Part shown: positions 1-12,367 of the stretch, piece by piece | How the letters are laid out: each line of letters opens with the position of its first letter | Numbering within the stretch: position 1 is the stretch's first letter | DNA from: Nemertoderma westbladi | Lineage: Eukaryota > Animalia > Xenacoelomorpha | Direction of reading: 5' to 3' | DNA: 64,000 nt | Assembly (NCBI GenBank): GCA_032718475.1 | Contig: JAUCBJ010002525.1 | Location: 1 to 64,000, forward strand | The notes under the pieces: generated by a model | The model's database searches: none | Told to the model about the DNA's origin: nothing | Seen by the model: only the letters and a program-made list of their open reading frames with translations | Translations under genes and position numbers: made by a program

Positions 1-1141
1 ATTATACTCTCCGCGCCCACCAGCAAAAATATTAATTAACCAATAGCAAACCTTGTTTTCAGCAGCTGCCCAATGTAAAGGAAACTTCTCCCTCCATCCG
101 TAATGCCGCTCGATTCCAATTGGATGATGAACTAGATCGCTATCAGCTGTTTGACTGGGTTGTGTTAATTCCACCGGCCGAATTACTTTGGTATAATCGG
201 GAATTCCAATTCCAAAGAACTGATTAATCGCGCAGCCGTCAACCTTTTGGGAAATAAATAGGTAAAAGTAAAGTTATTGGTTAAGCATCCGAAGGCTCCT
301 CTCTCTTGGCTGTTACCTATAAGGCATGGAGGGCGCTCTTTAAAGCCCCCCCCCCCCCCCGCAACAGAAGCCAGGACCACATATACTGTACGTACAATTA
401 GATTACGAGCTATAGGTCCTAATTAAGTTAAGTAAGAAAGCTCTTATGCTACAACAAGTAATAATAGCTCATGGGAAATAGCTCATCTAAGGTGTAGGTA
501 ACATTACTCCTAGAAAAATGAAAGTCTATATAAAAGATTACGGAACACGGAGACTTCGGATATTAATCTGTGCCCTGAAAACATCTTAAACATTTTATAT
601 GAACAGGCTGGGATAATGGAAAAACATTAAACAATAAAACCGCAGTTTAAAACAAAATAAATAAATTTGAATCACGAGTGTATTTGTTCAAGCGACCATT
701 CAAACCGAGCACCCACCCCCCCCCCCCACCCCCCCCCCCCCCCCCCCCCAATTCCTCCATCCTCCCCCGTTTCCTCTACAGTATAATGATATCCACCCAT
801 TACAGAGTTGCACCAACTTACACCATTATTAAATGTTTGATAGTGGCCCACTAGCTTTGCTATTAACTACCAACAAGTCCATCAAACAAAATTTATTCAT
901 TCCCCCGCCTCCATATCAATTCCTCCGTAATAATTAACTAATTTTAACAGTAAATAGTCCTTATGGTCAAATTATTGGTGATGGGGTGTTTAAATTCTCT
1001 TTTAAAATCTAACATTTATTTTGTATTTATTTTTAAAACAAAGAATTTAATTGAATTGAACGTAGTACAGGCAGCACCAATAATAATTAACGTAGCACCA
1101 ATAATTTATTATAACATATATTGTATTACATCTGCTTTCCT

Positions 1142-1492
1142 TTAAAACAGTCCCACCTTGTTTACTTTATCGATATTTGAGCCATAAACCGGATTTATAA
1201 TAACCGCATCGCATTTCTCTAACGCCAGCATCCTTGTTAGTATCTCGTTGGAAGCCATCCGTGATTCTTTGTTGGAAATCTCGCCCCGGAGTGCTGCGAA
1301 AGCGGGACTAACAACCACTCTCAGCGTTGTGAATGCACCACTAACTGCACCGGTATGTGCACCGCTAACCCGACCGGTTTGTGCACCGCTAACTGCACCG
1401 GTATGTGCACCGCTACCTGCTGCACCAGTATGTGCACCGCCATCGAGTCCCGAAGTTCTAACCGATGGCACTCCAACCCCCCCTGTAGCCAT
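1142..1492 (-). CDS. Orphan ORF or possible first coding exon with GAHTGAVS-type peptide repeats
   Basis: GC-richer ORF in AT-rich context. ATG is preceded by an in-frame stop. It has about 5 imperfect 24-bp repeats (1333-1441) and a possible weak donor CAAG|GTGGGA near 1157. No family recognised. Confidence 0.35.
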   Translation of the reverse strand: MATGGVGVPSVRTSGLDGGAHTGAAGSGAHTGAVSGAQTGRVSGAHTGAVSGAFTTLRVVVSPAFAALRGEISNKESRMASNEILTRMLALEKCDAVIINPVYGSNIDKVNKVGLF

Positions 1493-3125
1493 AGTAACCG
1501 ATATTTAATATTATTTATGTTGTAGGTGAGACAAATATCCGACATCGCTGAATTGTATCATATCTTAACACATTTCCACTTAAAGAAATAAAATAAAACA
1601 CATGTGTACTTCAAACAGTCAAACAATCTGATGTTTACACTACGACTACACAACACACTATGAGGATAAATACTGTTAATTAATAATACTATTGTAATAA
1701 TGATTGGTAATTGAGAATACTAATACTACAGTAATAGGCTTAGATAATTAAATTATTTAAAAACTTATAAACAAATCATCAAACGAAAACTAATGAACTA
1801 TTGATGATTACAATGTAGGATACATGGTGTTGGTCAAACCAACATACAATGAATTGTTATAGGGGCAAAAGAGATTCCATCCTGCCATTGTTATTGATAG
1901 TAGAGCGCCATCCTAATAATATATCAGTGCCAAATCATAAGGCAGTAAGGCCTATCTATACTCACTGCTACCAAAGCAAAATAAATCAATGTGTTACTAT
2001 ACCGTTAGCACGAAAGCTGTATCTTAAGGTGTACCGCGTAAATAAATTTATATTTAATAAGATTTACAGCAGTAAAATAGGTATACCTTAGATAGCATAT
2101 ATCTGATAGCGCAGCTATTTCAGTAAGCAATGACACAGCGTGCACGTTGTGTAAGTGAGATTCACTCACCTTGGTGGGTACTGGAAGCTATATTTAGATT
2201 AGTGATGTTTATTGCCACATTTTAACGCCATCTACTGTGCGGTGGTGGAATACAATTTTGTTACAACTGCTTTACCTCAACCAAAAGCTGCTGGCCAACT
2301 CAGCACATTGTTGACATGTTACCATGGTAATAAACGCAAGTTCTTTCCTGAGAATTACTTTTGGGATTGTTTCTCCGGGTTAAAATTAAATGAAGTAAAA
2401 TTAAAACTGATGTTTTGGAAAAGAAGTATTTGAAACTACTGTGAGCGAACCATTCAATGGGGAGGAAATATCTTGCATTATTAAAAAACTAAAACCAGGG
2501 AAGGGTCCCGGCGCAGACCAACTAGATACTGACATTTTTATACTAGGTAGTGAGTCATTGACGAAAGAAAGGACTTCTTACTGTAAAAGTATTCACTATC
2601 TCTATCTATCTCTATAATATTTGCAAAAGGTCCAAAGAGCCAACGGCCCTAGTCTCGGAGATTTACTCGTCTAGGTAAAATAATACTTACAGCACATAAA
2701 AAATAATCACTGAAAAACTTGAGAAATTTCGATCGAGTATTAAAGTTACGATCTGCCCCAGTTTACATTGATCTAAATTGTTATTGGCTAAAAGGTAGTA
2801 TAGGATACTGTTGCTAAGGCTACCTATAAAACAATACAACAGTCGTGAATTATATTGTAATAATAAGGAACATAATAGGAATCTCAGATTTTCGCAGTAT
2901 TGTTTACAGAGTTGCCCAGCAACACTCTAAAATAGCATCGTAACTAAATTACGATAATCGGAAGCAGGATTAATCGGAAACAGTTTTATACATACCAATA
3001 TACGATAATCGTGGCTACGATAGTCGTAATCCAACTTACGACTTATTTAGAGTTACGACGGACGTAAATTTACGACTGTTTTATGCATACGGGCCATTGG
3101 CATTTGAATTTTCCATGAATTAGTT

Positions 3126-3312
3126 TCCACTGCAGGCCATTTATTCTATTAATAAATACACAATGTTCTAGAACGTTTTGTTTATCTCATAAGTAACTTG
3201 GCAACAATGCAATGCCTACATGATGGTACTAGTATATGGATATTCCCACATAAGCAAAATGTTCTAGAACATTGTGTATTTATTAAATAGAATAAATGGC
3301 CTGCAGCGGAAG
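3126..3312. repeat. Inverted repeat (about 50-bp arms) belonging to a dispersed repeat
   Basis: ccactgcaggccatttattctattaataaatacacaatgttctagaac is mirrored at about 3260-3310. The right arm plus flank recurs at about 13683-13790. Confidence 0.7.
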
Positions 3313-4162
3313 CAAAACCAACATTCGAATGCCAATATCTCAGCCATTTCCCAACCAAATTCAAATATTTTTTACATATTAGGAATCCTTGCACGGTCAG
3401 CTTTCCACTAGTACCAACAAATCACTACAGGTATGAAGAATATAACTGCTGTGTTACTGCTGATATTCGTCGGAGACACTTTTTTAAACGCTTCTAGCTA
3501 AACAATGAAAGCAAAATATAAAAATTCTGGCTCACCCAGTAAGGAAGAGGGAGATGAAGATGACACTAACACCGTTTCAAATTTCATGCAATCTCATTAA
3601 TATTTATAGAAACATATGGGGGGGGGGGGGGGCAGGTACCTGAATAACGACACTATATTCCTGGGCATGGTGATTTAATATCCGTTCAGAAAAAACTGAA
3701 ATGGAAGCGCACTACAGTAGATAATATTATTATTCCTAAAATAATTAACTGCTAGCAAAAATCAGAAAGTAGGCCCCAACTGGTATTTACGATTAAACAG
3801 TTTCCAGTCCTGGTATAAATTAATATTCTAGAAGTCCATGCCTCGGCAGATTGTTTGCTTTTGCTTTGTTTTTTTTTTAAATAAAATTCAGAAAAAAACT
3901 TCATTAAGAATACATTTAAATATTTCCCATGCCATTAATGTAAATTACATATAATTTAATGTAATATACTGTACTGTATAACACCAAATATACAATTCTA
4001 TACAGAAAAAAAAACTATTACAAATTTACACAAAGATTTATCAATACAATTAATTATTTATAGCTTAAAACAATTTGCGTACCAACACTTAAAAAAGGCG
4101 GCACACTGTCGCCTTTTTCATCTAAATAATTCAGGAACATTCATTGTAACTTTACCACCAGC

Positions 4163-4876
4163 GCCTTTACATATTTTATATTGACCCCCAGGGAGGCAGG
4201 GTGCCTGGCGCCTTTAAATATTTTATATTGACCCCCAGGGAGGCAGGGTGCCTGGCGCCTTTAAATATTTTATATTTAACCCCAGGGAGGCAGGGTGCCT
4301 GGCGCCTTTACATATTTTATATTGACCCCCAGGGAGGCAGGGTGCCGCCTTTACATATTTTATATTGACCCCCAGGGAGGCAGGGTGACGCCTTTACATA
4401 TTTTATATTGACCCCCAGGGAGGCAGGGTGCCGCCTTTACATATTTTATATTGACCCCCAGGGAGGCAGGGTGACGCCTTTACATATTTTATATTGACCC
4501 CCAGGGAGGCAGGGTGCCGCCTTTACATATTTTATATTGACCCCCAGGGAGGCAGGGTGCCGCCTTTACATATTTTATATTGACCCCCAGGGAGGCAGGG
4601 TGCCTGGCGCCTTTACATATTTTATATTGACCCCCAGGGAGGCAGGGTGCCTGGCGCCTTTACATATTTTATATTGACCCCCAGGGAGGCAGGGTGCCGC
4701 CTTTACATATTTTATATTGACCCCCAGGGAGGCAGGGTGACGCCTTTACATATTTTATATTGACCCCCAGGGAGGCAGGGTGCCGCCTTTACATATTTTA
4801 TATTGACCCCCAGGGAGGCAGGGTGACGCCTTTACATATTTTATATTGACCCCCAGGGAGGCAGGGTGACGCCTTT
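4163..4876. repeat. Minisatellite, 43/47-bp unit, about 16 copies
   Basis: Unit gcctttacatattttatattgacccccagggaggcagggtgcc, with or without an added tggc. Confidence 0.97.
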
Positions 4877-4974
4877 ATTTAAAACCTCTTATAAACTTTT
4901 TTAAACTATTGGGGCGGAAAATATTCGTGTTGGGCAGGAAAAACTGGTCTAGAAAAGAGAATTTAATATTGCTT

Positions 4975-7900
4975 GAAGGGATTCCTATTGGTTTGGGTGT
5001 ATGAAAGGATTCCTATTGGTTTGGGTGTATGAAGGGATTCCTATTGGTTTGGGTGTATGAAGGGATTCCTATTGGTCTGGGTGTATGAAGGGATTCCTAT
5101 TGGTTTGGGTGTATGAAGGGATTCCTGTTGGTTTGAGTGTATGAAGGGATTCCTATTGGTTTGGGTGTATGAAGGGATTCCTATTGGTTTGGGTGTATGA
5201 AGGGATTCCTGTTGGTTTGAGTGTATGAAGGGATTCCTATTGGTTTGGGTGTATGAAGGGATTCCTATTGGTTTGGGTGTATGAAGGGATTCCTATTGGT
5301 TTGAGTGTATGAAGGAATTCCTATTGGTTTGAGTGTATGAAGGGATTCCTATTGGTTTGGGTGTATGAAGGGATTCCTGTTGGTTTGAGTGTATGAAGGG
5401 ATTCCTGTTGGTTTGAGTGTATGAAGGGTTTCCTATTGGTTTGAGTGTATGAAGGGATTCCTATTGGTTTGAGTGTATGAAGGAATTCCTATTGGTTTGG
5501 GTGTATGAAGGGATTCCTATTGGTTTGAGTGTATGAAGGGATTCCTATTGGTTTGGGTGTATGAAGGGATTCCTGTTGATTTGAGTGTATGAAGGGATTT
5601 CTATTGGTTTGGGTGTATGAAGGGATTCCTGTTGGTTTGAGTGTATGAAGGGATTCCTATTGGTTTGAGTGTATGAAGGGATTCCTATTGGTTTGGGTGT
5701 ATGAAGGGATTCCTGTTGATTTGAGTGTATGAAGGGATTTCTATTGGTTTGAGTGTATGAAGGGATTCCTGTTGGTTTGAGTGTATGAAGGGATTCCTAT
5801 TGGTTTGAGTGTATGAAGGGATTCCTATTGGTTTGGGTGTATGAAGGGATTCCTGTTGGTTTGGGTGTATGAAGGGATTCCTATTGGTTTGAGTGTATGA
5901 AGGGATTCCTGTTGGTTTGGGTGTATGAAGGGATTCCTATTGGTTTGAGTGTATGAAGGAATTCCTATTGGTTTGGGTGTATGAAGGGATTCCTGTTGGT
6001 TTGGGTGTATGAAGGGATTCCTATTGGTTTGAGTGTATGAAGGAATTCCTATTGGTTTGAGTGTATGAAGGGATTCCTGTTGATTTGAGTGTATGAAGGG
6101 ATTTCTATTGGTTTGGGTGTATGAAGGGATTCCTGTTGGTTTGAGTGTATGAAGGGATTCCTATTGGTTTGAGTGTATGAAGGGATTCCTATTGGTTTGG
6201 GTGTATGAAGGGATTCCTGTTGATTTGAGTGTATGAAGGGATTTCTATTGGTTTGAGTGTATGAAGGGATTCCTGTTGGTTTGAGTGTATGAAGGGATTC
6301 CTATTGGTTTGAGTGTATGAAGGGATTCCTATTGGTTTGGGTGTATGAAGGGATTCCTGTTGGTTTGGGTGTATGAAGGGATTCCTATTGGTTTGGGTGT
6401 ATGAAGGGATTCCTGTTGGTTTGAGTGTATGAAGGGATTCCTATTGGTTTGGGTGTATGAAGGGATTCCTATTGGTTTGGGTGTATGAAGGGATTCCTGT
6501 TGGTTTGAGTGTATGAAGGGATTCCTATTGGTTTGGGTGTATGAAGGGATTCCTGTTGGTTTGAGTGTATGAAAGGATTCCTATTGGTTTGGGTGTATGA
6601 AGGGATTCCTATTGGTTTGGGTGTATGAAGGGATTCCTGTTGGTTTGGGTGTATGAAGGGATTCCTATTGGTTTGGGTGTATGAAGGGATTCCTATTGGT
6701 TTGGGTGTATGAAGGGATTCCTGTTGGTTTGAGTGTATGAAGGGATTCCTATTGGTTTGGGTGTATGAAGGGATTCCTATTGGTTTGGGTGTATGAAGGG
6801 ATTCCTGTTGGTTTGAGTGTATGAAGGGATTCCTATTGGTTTGGGTGTATGAAGGGATTCCTATTGGTTTGGGTGTATGAAGGGATTCCTGTTGGTTTGA
6901 GTGTATGAAGGGATTCCTATTGGTTTGGGTGTATGAAGGGATTCCTATTGGTTTGAGTGTATGAAGGGATTCCTATTGGTTTGAGTGTATGAAGGGATTC
7001 CTATTGGTTTGGGTGTATGAAGGGATTCCTGTTGGTTTGGGTGTATGAAGGGATTCCTATTGGTTTGGGTGTATGAAGGGATTCCTATTGGTTTGGGTGT
7101 ATGAAGGGATTCCTGTTGGTTTGAGTGTATGAAGGGATTCCTATTGGTTTGGGTGTATGAAGGGATTTCTATTGGTTTGGGTGTATGAAGGGATTCCTAT
7201 TGGTTTGAGTGTATGAAGGGATTCCTATTGGTTTGGGTGTATGAAGGGATTCCTGTTGGTTTGAGTGTATGAAGGGATTCCTGTTGGTTTGAGTGTATGA
7301 AGGGATTTCTATTGGTTTGGGTGTATGAAGGGATTCCTGTTGGTTTGAGTGTATGAAGGGATTCCTATTGGTTTGGGTGTATGAAGGGATTCCTATTGGT
7401 TTGAGTGTATGAAGGGATTCCTATTGGTTTGGGTGTATGAAGGGATTCCTGTTGGTTTGAGTGTATGAAAGGATTCCTATTGGTTTGGGTGTATGAAGGG
7501 ATTCCTATTGGTTTGAGTGTATGAAGGGATTCCTATTGGTTTGGGTGTATGAAGGGATTCCTGTTGGTTTGAGTGTATGAAGGGATTCCTATTGGTTTGG
7601 GTGTATGAAGGGATTCCTGTTGGTTTGAGTGTATGAAGGGATTCCTATTGGTTTGGGTGTATGAAGGGATTCCTATTGGTTTGGGTGTATGAAGGGATTC
7701 CTGTTGGTTTGAGTGTATGAAGGGATTCCTATTGGTTTGGGTGTATGAAGGGATTCCTGTTGGTTTGAGTGTATGAAAGGATTCCTATTGGTTTGGGTGT
7801 ATGAAGGGATTCCTGTTGGTTTGAGTGTATGAAGGGATTCCTATTGGTTTGGGTGTATGAAGGGATTCCTGTTGGTTTGAGTGTATGAAGGGATTCCTGT

Positions 7901-8277
7901 TGGTTTGAGTGTATGAAGGGATTTCTATTGGTTTGGGTGTATGAAGGGATTCCTGTTGGTTTGAGTGTATGAAGGGATTCCTATTGGTTTGGGTGTATGA
8001 AGGGATTCCTATTGGTTTGAGTGTATGAAGGGATTCCTATTGGTTTGGGTGTATGAAGGGATTCCTGTTGGTTTGAGTGTATGAAAGGATTCCTATTGGT
8101 TTGGGTGTATGAAGGGATTCCTGTTGGTTTGAGTGTATGAAGGGATTCCTATTGGTTTGGGTGTATGAAGGGATTCCTGTTGGTTTGAGTGTATGAAGGG
8201 ATTCCTGTTGGTTTGAGTGTATGAAGGGATTTCTATTGGTTTGGGTGTATGAAGGGATTCCTGTTGGTTTGAGTGTA
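4975..8277. repeat. 28-bp tandem satellite, about 118 copies
   Basis: Unit gaagggattcctRttggtttgRgtgtat at strict 28-bp period. Confidence 0.99.
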
Positions 8278-8514
8278 CAGGTACATTAAATGACATAATT
8301 TATGAAATTTAATTTCGGTTTATCCAAAAATAATATTACAATTGATTAAGGCGGCAGTGTCCGCCCAGGATAAGTAGTAATATGGTTATCCTCTTTATTA
8401 AAAAAAACGCTGGTACAAGAAAATAAAACTTGGTCCGATCAAATATTATTTTTCTTGGTCCCTGGGAGTAAAAATTCATGTAAATTAATGTTTGGTATGC
8501 AAAGGGTTAGTAGA

Positions 8515-11500
8515 CTAGTCTCCAACATCGTTCGAAGGTTGAACTTTTCTTTCTAATATTGGGGAGATAGACAGTTCCCTGGGAGTAGTTTGGTCTCTGG
8601 AACTATCTCTGGGTGTAGTTTGTTGACTTTCGTACGACACAGGTCTACCATCGATGTCTCCAGCCTCTACAATGTCCCTCAGTTTCTTCTTTAGCTGTCT
8701 CGATTGTTTCTTATAGTAATACAAGTCCTTCTCTAGGTCCTCCACTCTCTGTTCCAACTCCTCGTCTACTCCACCCGATCTCAGATCCGACCCCGCCATC
8801 TGCTTTATCAAGGTCTGCACCCGATACTCGTGTTGCTTCCTAAGATGCGTTAACTTCCTATCATTCTCTACAGCGTCCTTCTCCAAAGCGTTCTCTAAGT
8901 TCCCTAGCAACCTCTGCTGCTCATTTACTTTCACTTCGAGTTCTGTGTTCTGAAGTTGAACACGCTTCTCTCGATCCCTTAAATCTACGACTTTATCAAA
9001 AAATACTTTTAATAAATTGGAATTCTCGTTGGCACTTAGATTTCCTAATCGACTCATCAGCTGGGAATACGATGTCTTCAGCTGTTTATTTGATTCACTT
9101 AAACTCAACTGTTTGCTTTGTATAACGTCGGTTTTATACTCTATAGTTGCCTCTAATGCTTCTATACCTTCCTGTAACTCAATCAATCGCCGTTCATCAG
9201 CCACGCTTAGGACTTTACCTTCCATAAGGTCGGTGTCTAGCTTCAACCTCTCGTTATCTAACTTATCTCTGGCTGCCAATAACTCTTCCACGTTGTTCTT
9301 CAGTTTATCCCGAACGTCCCTCGGGGTAGCAGGCCGTTCAATCTCGGCGTTCCGTTCCGCTATTTGGTTGTCAACATCTCGGAGTTTACTAACTATATCG
9401 AGTTTATTGCAACTCATCTGTTGGCTGCTCCTCAACTGTTGCAACTCCAACTGATTGCGCTCTCTCAACAGTGCCTCTTTGTCCTCCACAATCGTCTCCC
9501 TTCTCCTCAACTCTCTCTGTAAGTCGTTCAGTTTATGTTTCGTTTGGAGTATTTTCTCGACTTCAGTATCCAGCCACCGTTTCTGCTCATCAATACGTTT
9601 ATTCTCCCCAACCAACCCCGCTGTCGACTGCCGTATCTTTCTCTGCGCTACGGCTAACTCCTCAGTTTTCCGTCTCAGAACTTTCTGCTGGTGTTCATTT
9701 CGTATCTCGAGCTCTTTGCACCGGTTTTGGTCCCTCTGTAAATCCCTATCCAGTCTGAGTTTTCTTTCACTCTCCTCCTTCAGTCGTCTCTGCAACAGCT
9801 CCTGATGGGACCGCAATCTCGCTATCTCCCCTTCCAACTCCGATATCTTTTTCCCCGCGGAGGTGACAGGAATTCCCGCCAACACCTCAGCTTCCTTCTG
9901 CCGTCGTTCCAAAACCGAGAGTTTCGTTTTTGCCTCTTCGAGCTGTTTCTCGTATTTCCGTTTCAGTTTTTCCTTATCGGCTTCCACCTTTTGTCCTTTA
10001 CTCTCTAAATCGACTAGAACTTTCTGCGCAACCTCCGATTCTTCCTTGGCTTTCTCAGTTTCTTTCTGTAGATCAGCGATTTTTCTTTTGTTTTGCTCAT
10101 TAAGTTTCTCCGCTTGCTTCTCACTGCGAACCAACTCCCGTATCAACTCCTCTTTCAGACGGATATTAATAGACAACTCCTTCATCCTCTTGGACGACTG
10201 TTTAATCTCCTTGGCACTCGCTTTCGCTTTCCTCCGGGTCACATCTGTGCTCCTCCGCAACTCGTCCAACTCGTCATCATCTTTAACCTCGTTCTGTTTA
10301 TCGCTGACCAGCTCGTTCGGTACGGAATTCTCATCGTTCAAACCGACGGCCGGGTACTTCGTAAAGGTAGACTGTAACGGTCGGGATGGGGTCTCCCGTA
10401 ACTTCAGTAGGATTTCGTCTCCAGGCAACGGGAGTCTTTGAGCCACATCCTTCTCCTCGACTTGCATCAGCAGTAACTGACTCCGGGCTCGGACGCCCTG
10501 CAACATCTTCTCAACAGTCAGCGGACGGGCCGGAGTCGTAAAGACCTCGCGAGAGACATTACCATCCATAGCCACTAAGGGGCGCTCTACAGGGGCGCTC
10601 TTTGTCTGCCTAGTTGGGGGTCTCGACTCGACTGACACACCGCCATCTCCTGATTGGTCGACAGAGTCGTTAACCTGGACTGACGCGTTAGCGACCACCT
10701 TATTGCTATGGTAACCGTCTAGTTTCCCCTGTAGGTCTACCAACTGCTCCTGGTATCTCCTTTGCAGCTTTTTACTGTCTTCCACAGAGACTTTGGCCCG
10801 ACTATATTTATCTTCTAGAATGGAAACTCTCTTTATAAGCTCGTTAGTTTCTTTGGTTTTATCATTAAATATTTCCTCATCCATCTTCAACTCTAGTTTA
10901 CTTTGTTCCAACTCTTTCGTTAGACGCTTAACAGTCTCATCCACATTGTTTTCTTTATCCAACACATTACCCAAAGTCTCCCCTTCTACATCGATTATCC
11001 AATCCTTAATTTTATTTAGAAGTTCCGTATTTCCCTTGAGTAAGTCGCCGTTAACGAACTCCATTAGGTAATGGTAAGCTCGTTGGGTCAGCGTAGAGAA
11101 GTGGTTACAATCGGCCCTCAGTCTGTCCAACTCTTCCAGCATACCTTTATCGCCCTCAACCACTACGTTACTCCTCTCCTTGTTGAGTTGTTCTCTTAAC
11201 TCGTCGATCTGGGAGCGCATTCGCTCTACTATAATGCTCTGAGGGTCTCGATTCACTACCGGTTTGTTCTTTATGTTTCGGGCGCGGTTGGCGAACTTTA
11301 GCGAGTTGTGAGACTCCTCGTAGTCGAGGCTAGATGGACTAACGCACGCGATCATCAACGTGTTGGAGTTGCCACCCAAGGAGTCCTTTAGGAGTCGAGT
11401 TATCTTGGAATCCCTGTAGGGTATGTGGGAGATTTTCTTCTTTGGGTCCCCCAGAGCGCTGATTACGTTACCCAAAGCCAGTAATCCAGTGTTTATCGAT

Positions 11501-12327
11501 ATGGATTCCTTAAATCGCTCACCGACATTCCCCGTTCGGTTGGCTCTTTCGCTACCCGCCAAATCGACGAAGTGGATCTTGGCGGACATGAAGTGGTTGG
11601 CGCGTCGGGACGATATATTCTGTGGGCTGCGCGGGCTGGGCAGTGGAGTGTCTCGCCAAGACTGCTCGATAACAATAGTGAATATACAATGGGAGCGCGA
11701 GGAATGTTCGTTCATTAAAGTAGCGGCGGTCTGCCGTAAAGATGAGCCCATCTCTAGACAATCTAATAATTGTTCTTTAGTGAAACATTCAACCTCAGTA
11801 GCCCCTATAACCATGGTGTTACCTCGGTCGTCCTCACGTATGTGAATGTCCTTCATATTATTTTCGTTATCTAAGAGATCCCGCAACTCCTCTCTGTATA
11901 ATTCGATGTAGGATACTTTTAATCGGATGTTTCTATCGATATTTTCTTTGAGTTTCTGGAATATCTTATTGACGGCCCTCGGCACTATACCGTCACATTG
12001 CTCCATATCATATTCATCCTCGTCTGGATTCGCTCCGATTATCGTGTAAGTTTTACCGGAACCAGTCTGCCCATAAGCGAATACCGTGGTGTTGTATCCA
12101 CGGAAACTGTCTTCGATCAACGGGACTACACTCTCTTGGAAAACGTCGGCTTGAGTTGAGTGAATCTGTAGAACATTATCGAAGGTGAACAGTTTCTGTT
12201 TGTGTCCGGGGCCCAGGACTACTTGATGACGTTGAGGGTTGACTTGGAGACAAACGTCCTGGTTGATGAGTTTCTCGCGAGGAAGTAACGGACGGATTCG
12301 TACCGCCACTCGCACCGGGACCTCCAT
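8515..12327 (-). CDS. KIF27: Kinesin-4 subfamily KIF27/KIF7 (Costal-2-like) motor protein, single exon, about 1270 aa
   Basis: N-terminal motor domain with VRVAVRIRP, P-loop GQTGSGKT, switch I NEHSSRSH, switch II DLAGSE, and HIPYRDSKITRLLKDSLGGN. The motifs GERFKESISINTGLLALGNVISALGD and ELSINIRLKEELIREL are typical of KIF7/27. Long coiled-coil stalk. First ATG at 12327. Confidence 0.9.
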   Translation of the reverse strand: MEVPVRVAVRIRPLLPREKLINQDVCLQVNPQRHQVVLGPGHKQKLFTFDNVLQIHSTQADVFQESVVPLIEDSFRGYNTTVFAYGQTGSGKTYTIIGANPDEDEYDMEQCDGIVPRAVNKIFQKLKENIDRNIRLKVSYIELYREELRDLLDNENNMKDIHIREDDRGNTMVIGATEVECFTKEQLLDCLEMGSSLRQTAATLMNEHSSRSHCIFTIVIEQSWRDTPLPSPRSPQNISSRRANHFMSAKIHFVDLAGSERANRTGNVGERFKESISINTGLLALGNVISALGDPKKKISHIPYRDSKITRLLKDSLGGNSNTLMIACVSPSSLDYEESHNSLKFANRARNIKNKPVVNRDPQSIIVERMRSQIDELREQLNKERSNVVVEGDKGMLEELDRLRADCNHFSTLTQRAYHYLMEFVNGDLLKGNTELLNKIKDWIIDVEGETLGNVLDKENNVDETVKRLTKELEQSKLELKMDEEIFNDKTKETNELIKRVSILEDKYSRAKVSVEDSKKLQRRYQEQLVDLQGKLDGYHSNKVVANASVQVNDSVDQSGDGGVSVESRPPTRQTKSAPVERPLVAMDGNVSREVFTTPARPLTVEKMLQGVRARSQLLLMQVEEKDVAQRLPLPGDEILLKLRETPSRPLQSTFTKYPAVGLNDENSVPNELVSDKQNEVKDDDELDELRRSTDVTRRKAKASAKEIKQSSKRMKELSINIRLKEELIRELVRSEKQAEKLNEQNKRKIADLQKETEKAKEESEVAQKVLVDLESKGQKVEADKEKLKRKYEKQLEEAKTKLSVLERRQKEAEVLAGIPVTSAGKKISELEGEIARLRSHQELLQRRLKEESERKLRLDRDLQRDQNRCKELEIRNEHQQKVLRRKTEELAVAQRKIRQSTAGLVGENKRIDEQKRWLDTEVEKILQTKHKLNDLQRELRRRETIVEDKEALLRERNQLELQQLRSSQQMSCNKLDIVSKLRDVDNQIAERNAEIERPATPRDVRDKLKNNVEELLAARDKLDNERLKLDTDLMEGKVLSVADERRLIELQEGIEALEATIEYKTDVIQSKQLSLSESNKQLKTSYSQLMSRLGNLSANENSNLLKVFFDKVVDLRDREKRVQLQNTELEVKVNEQQRLLGNLENALEKDAVENDRKLTHLRKQHEYRVQTLIKQMAGSDLRSGGVDEELEQRVEDLEKDLYYYKKQSRQLKKKLRDIVEAGDIDGRPVSYESQQTTPRDSSRDQTTPRELSISPILERKVQPSNDVGD

Positions 12328-12367
12328 TATAAAATATACAACCAATTTACACGAAACTTACAGCGGG

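Noticed and set aside
4163-8277. Tandem arrays as a CRISPR array
   Set aside because: Units are contiguous with no unique spacers, there are no cas genes, and the context is eukaryotic.
8093-8296. ORF in the satellite
   Set aside because: It is a translation of the 28-bp repeat.
9017-11845. Plus-strand ORFs overlapping the kinesin
   Set aside because: They are antisense shadows of a coiled-coil coding sequence, Ser/Leu/Phe-rich with no motifs.
12346-12360. Splicing of the 33.9-kb exon into the kinesin ORF
   Set aside because: The nearest AG gives AGT TTC GTG TAA, an immediate stop in the required phase.
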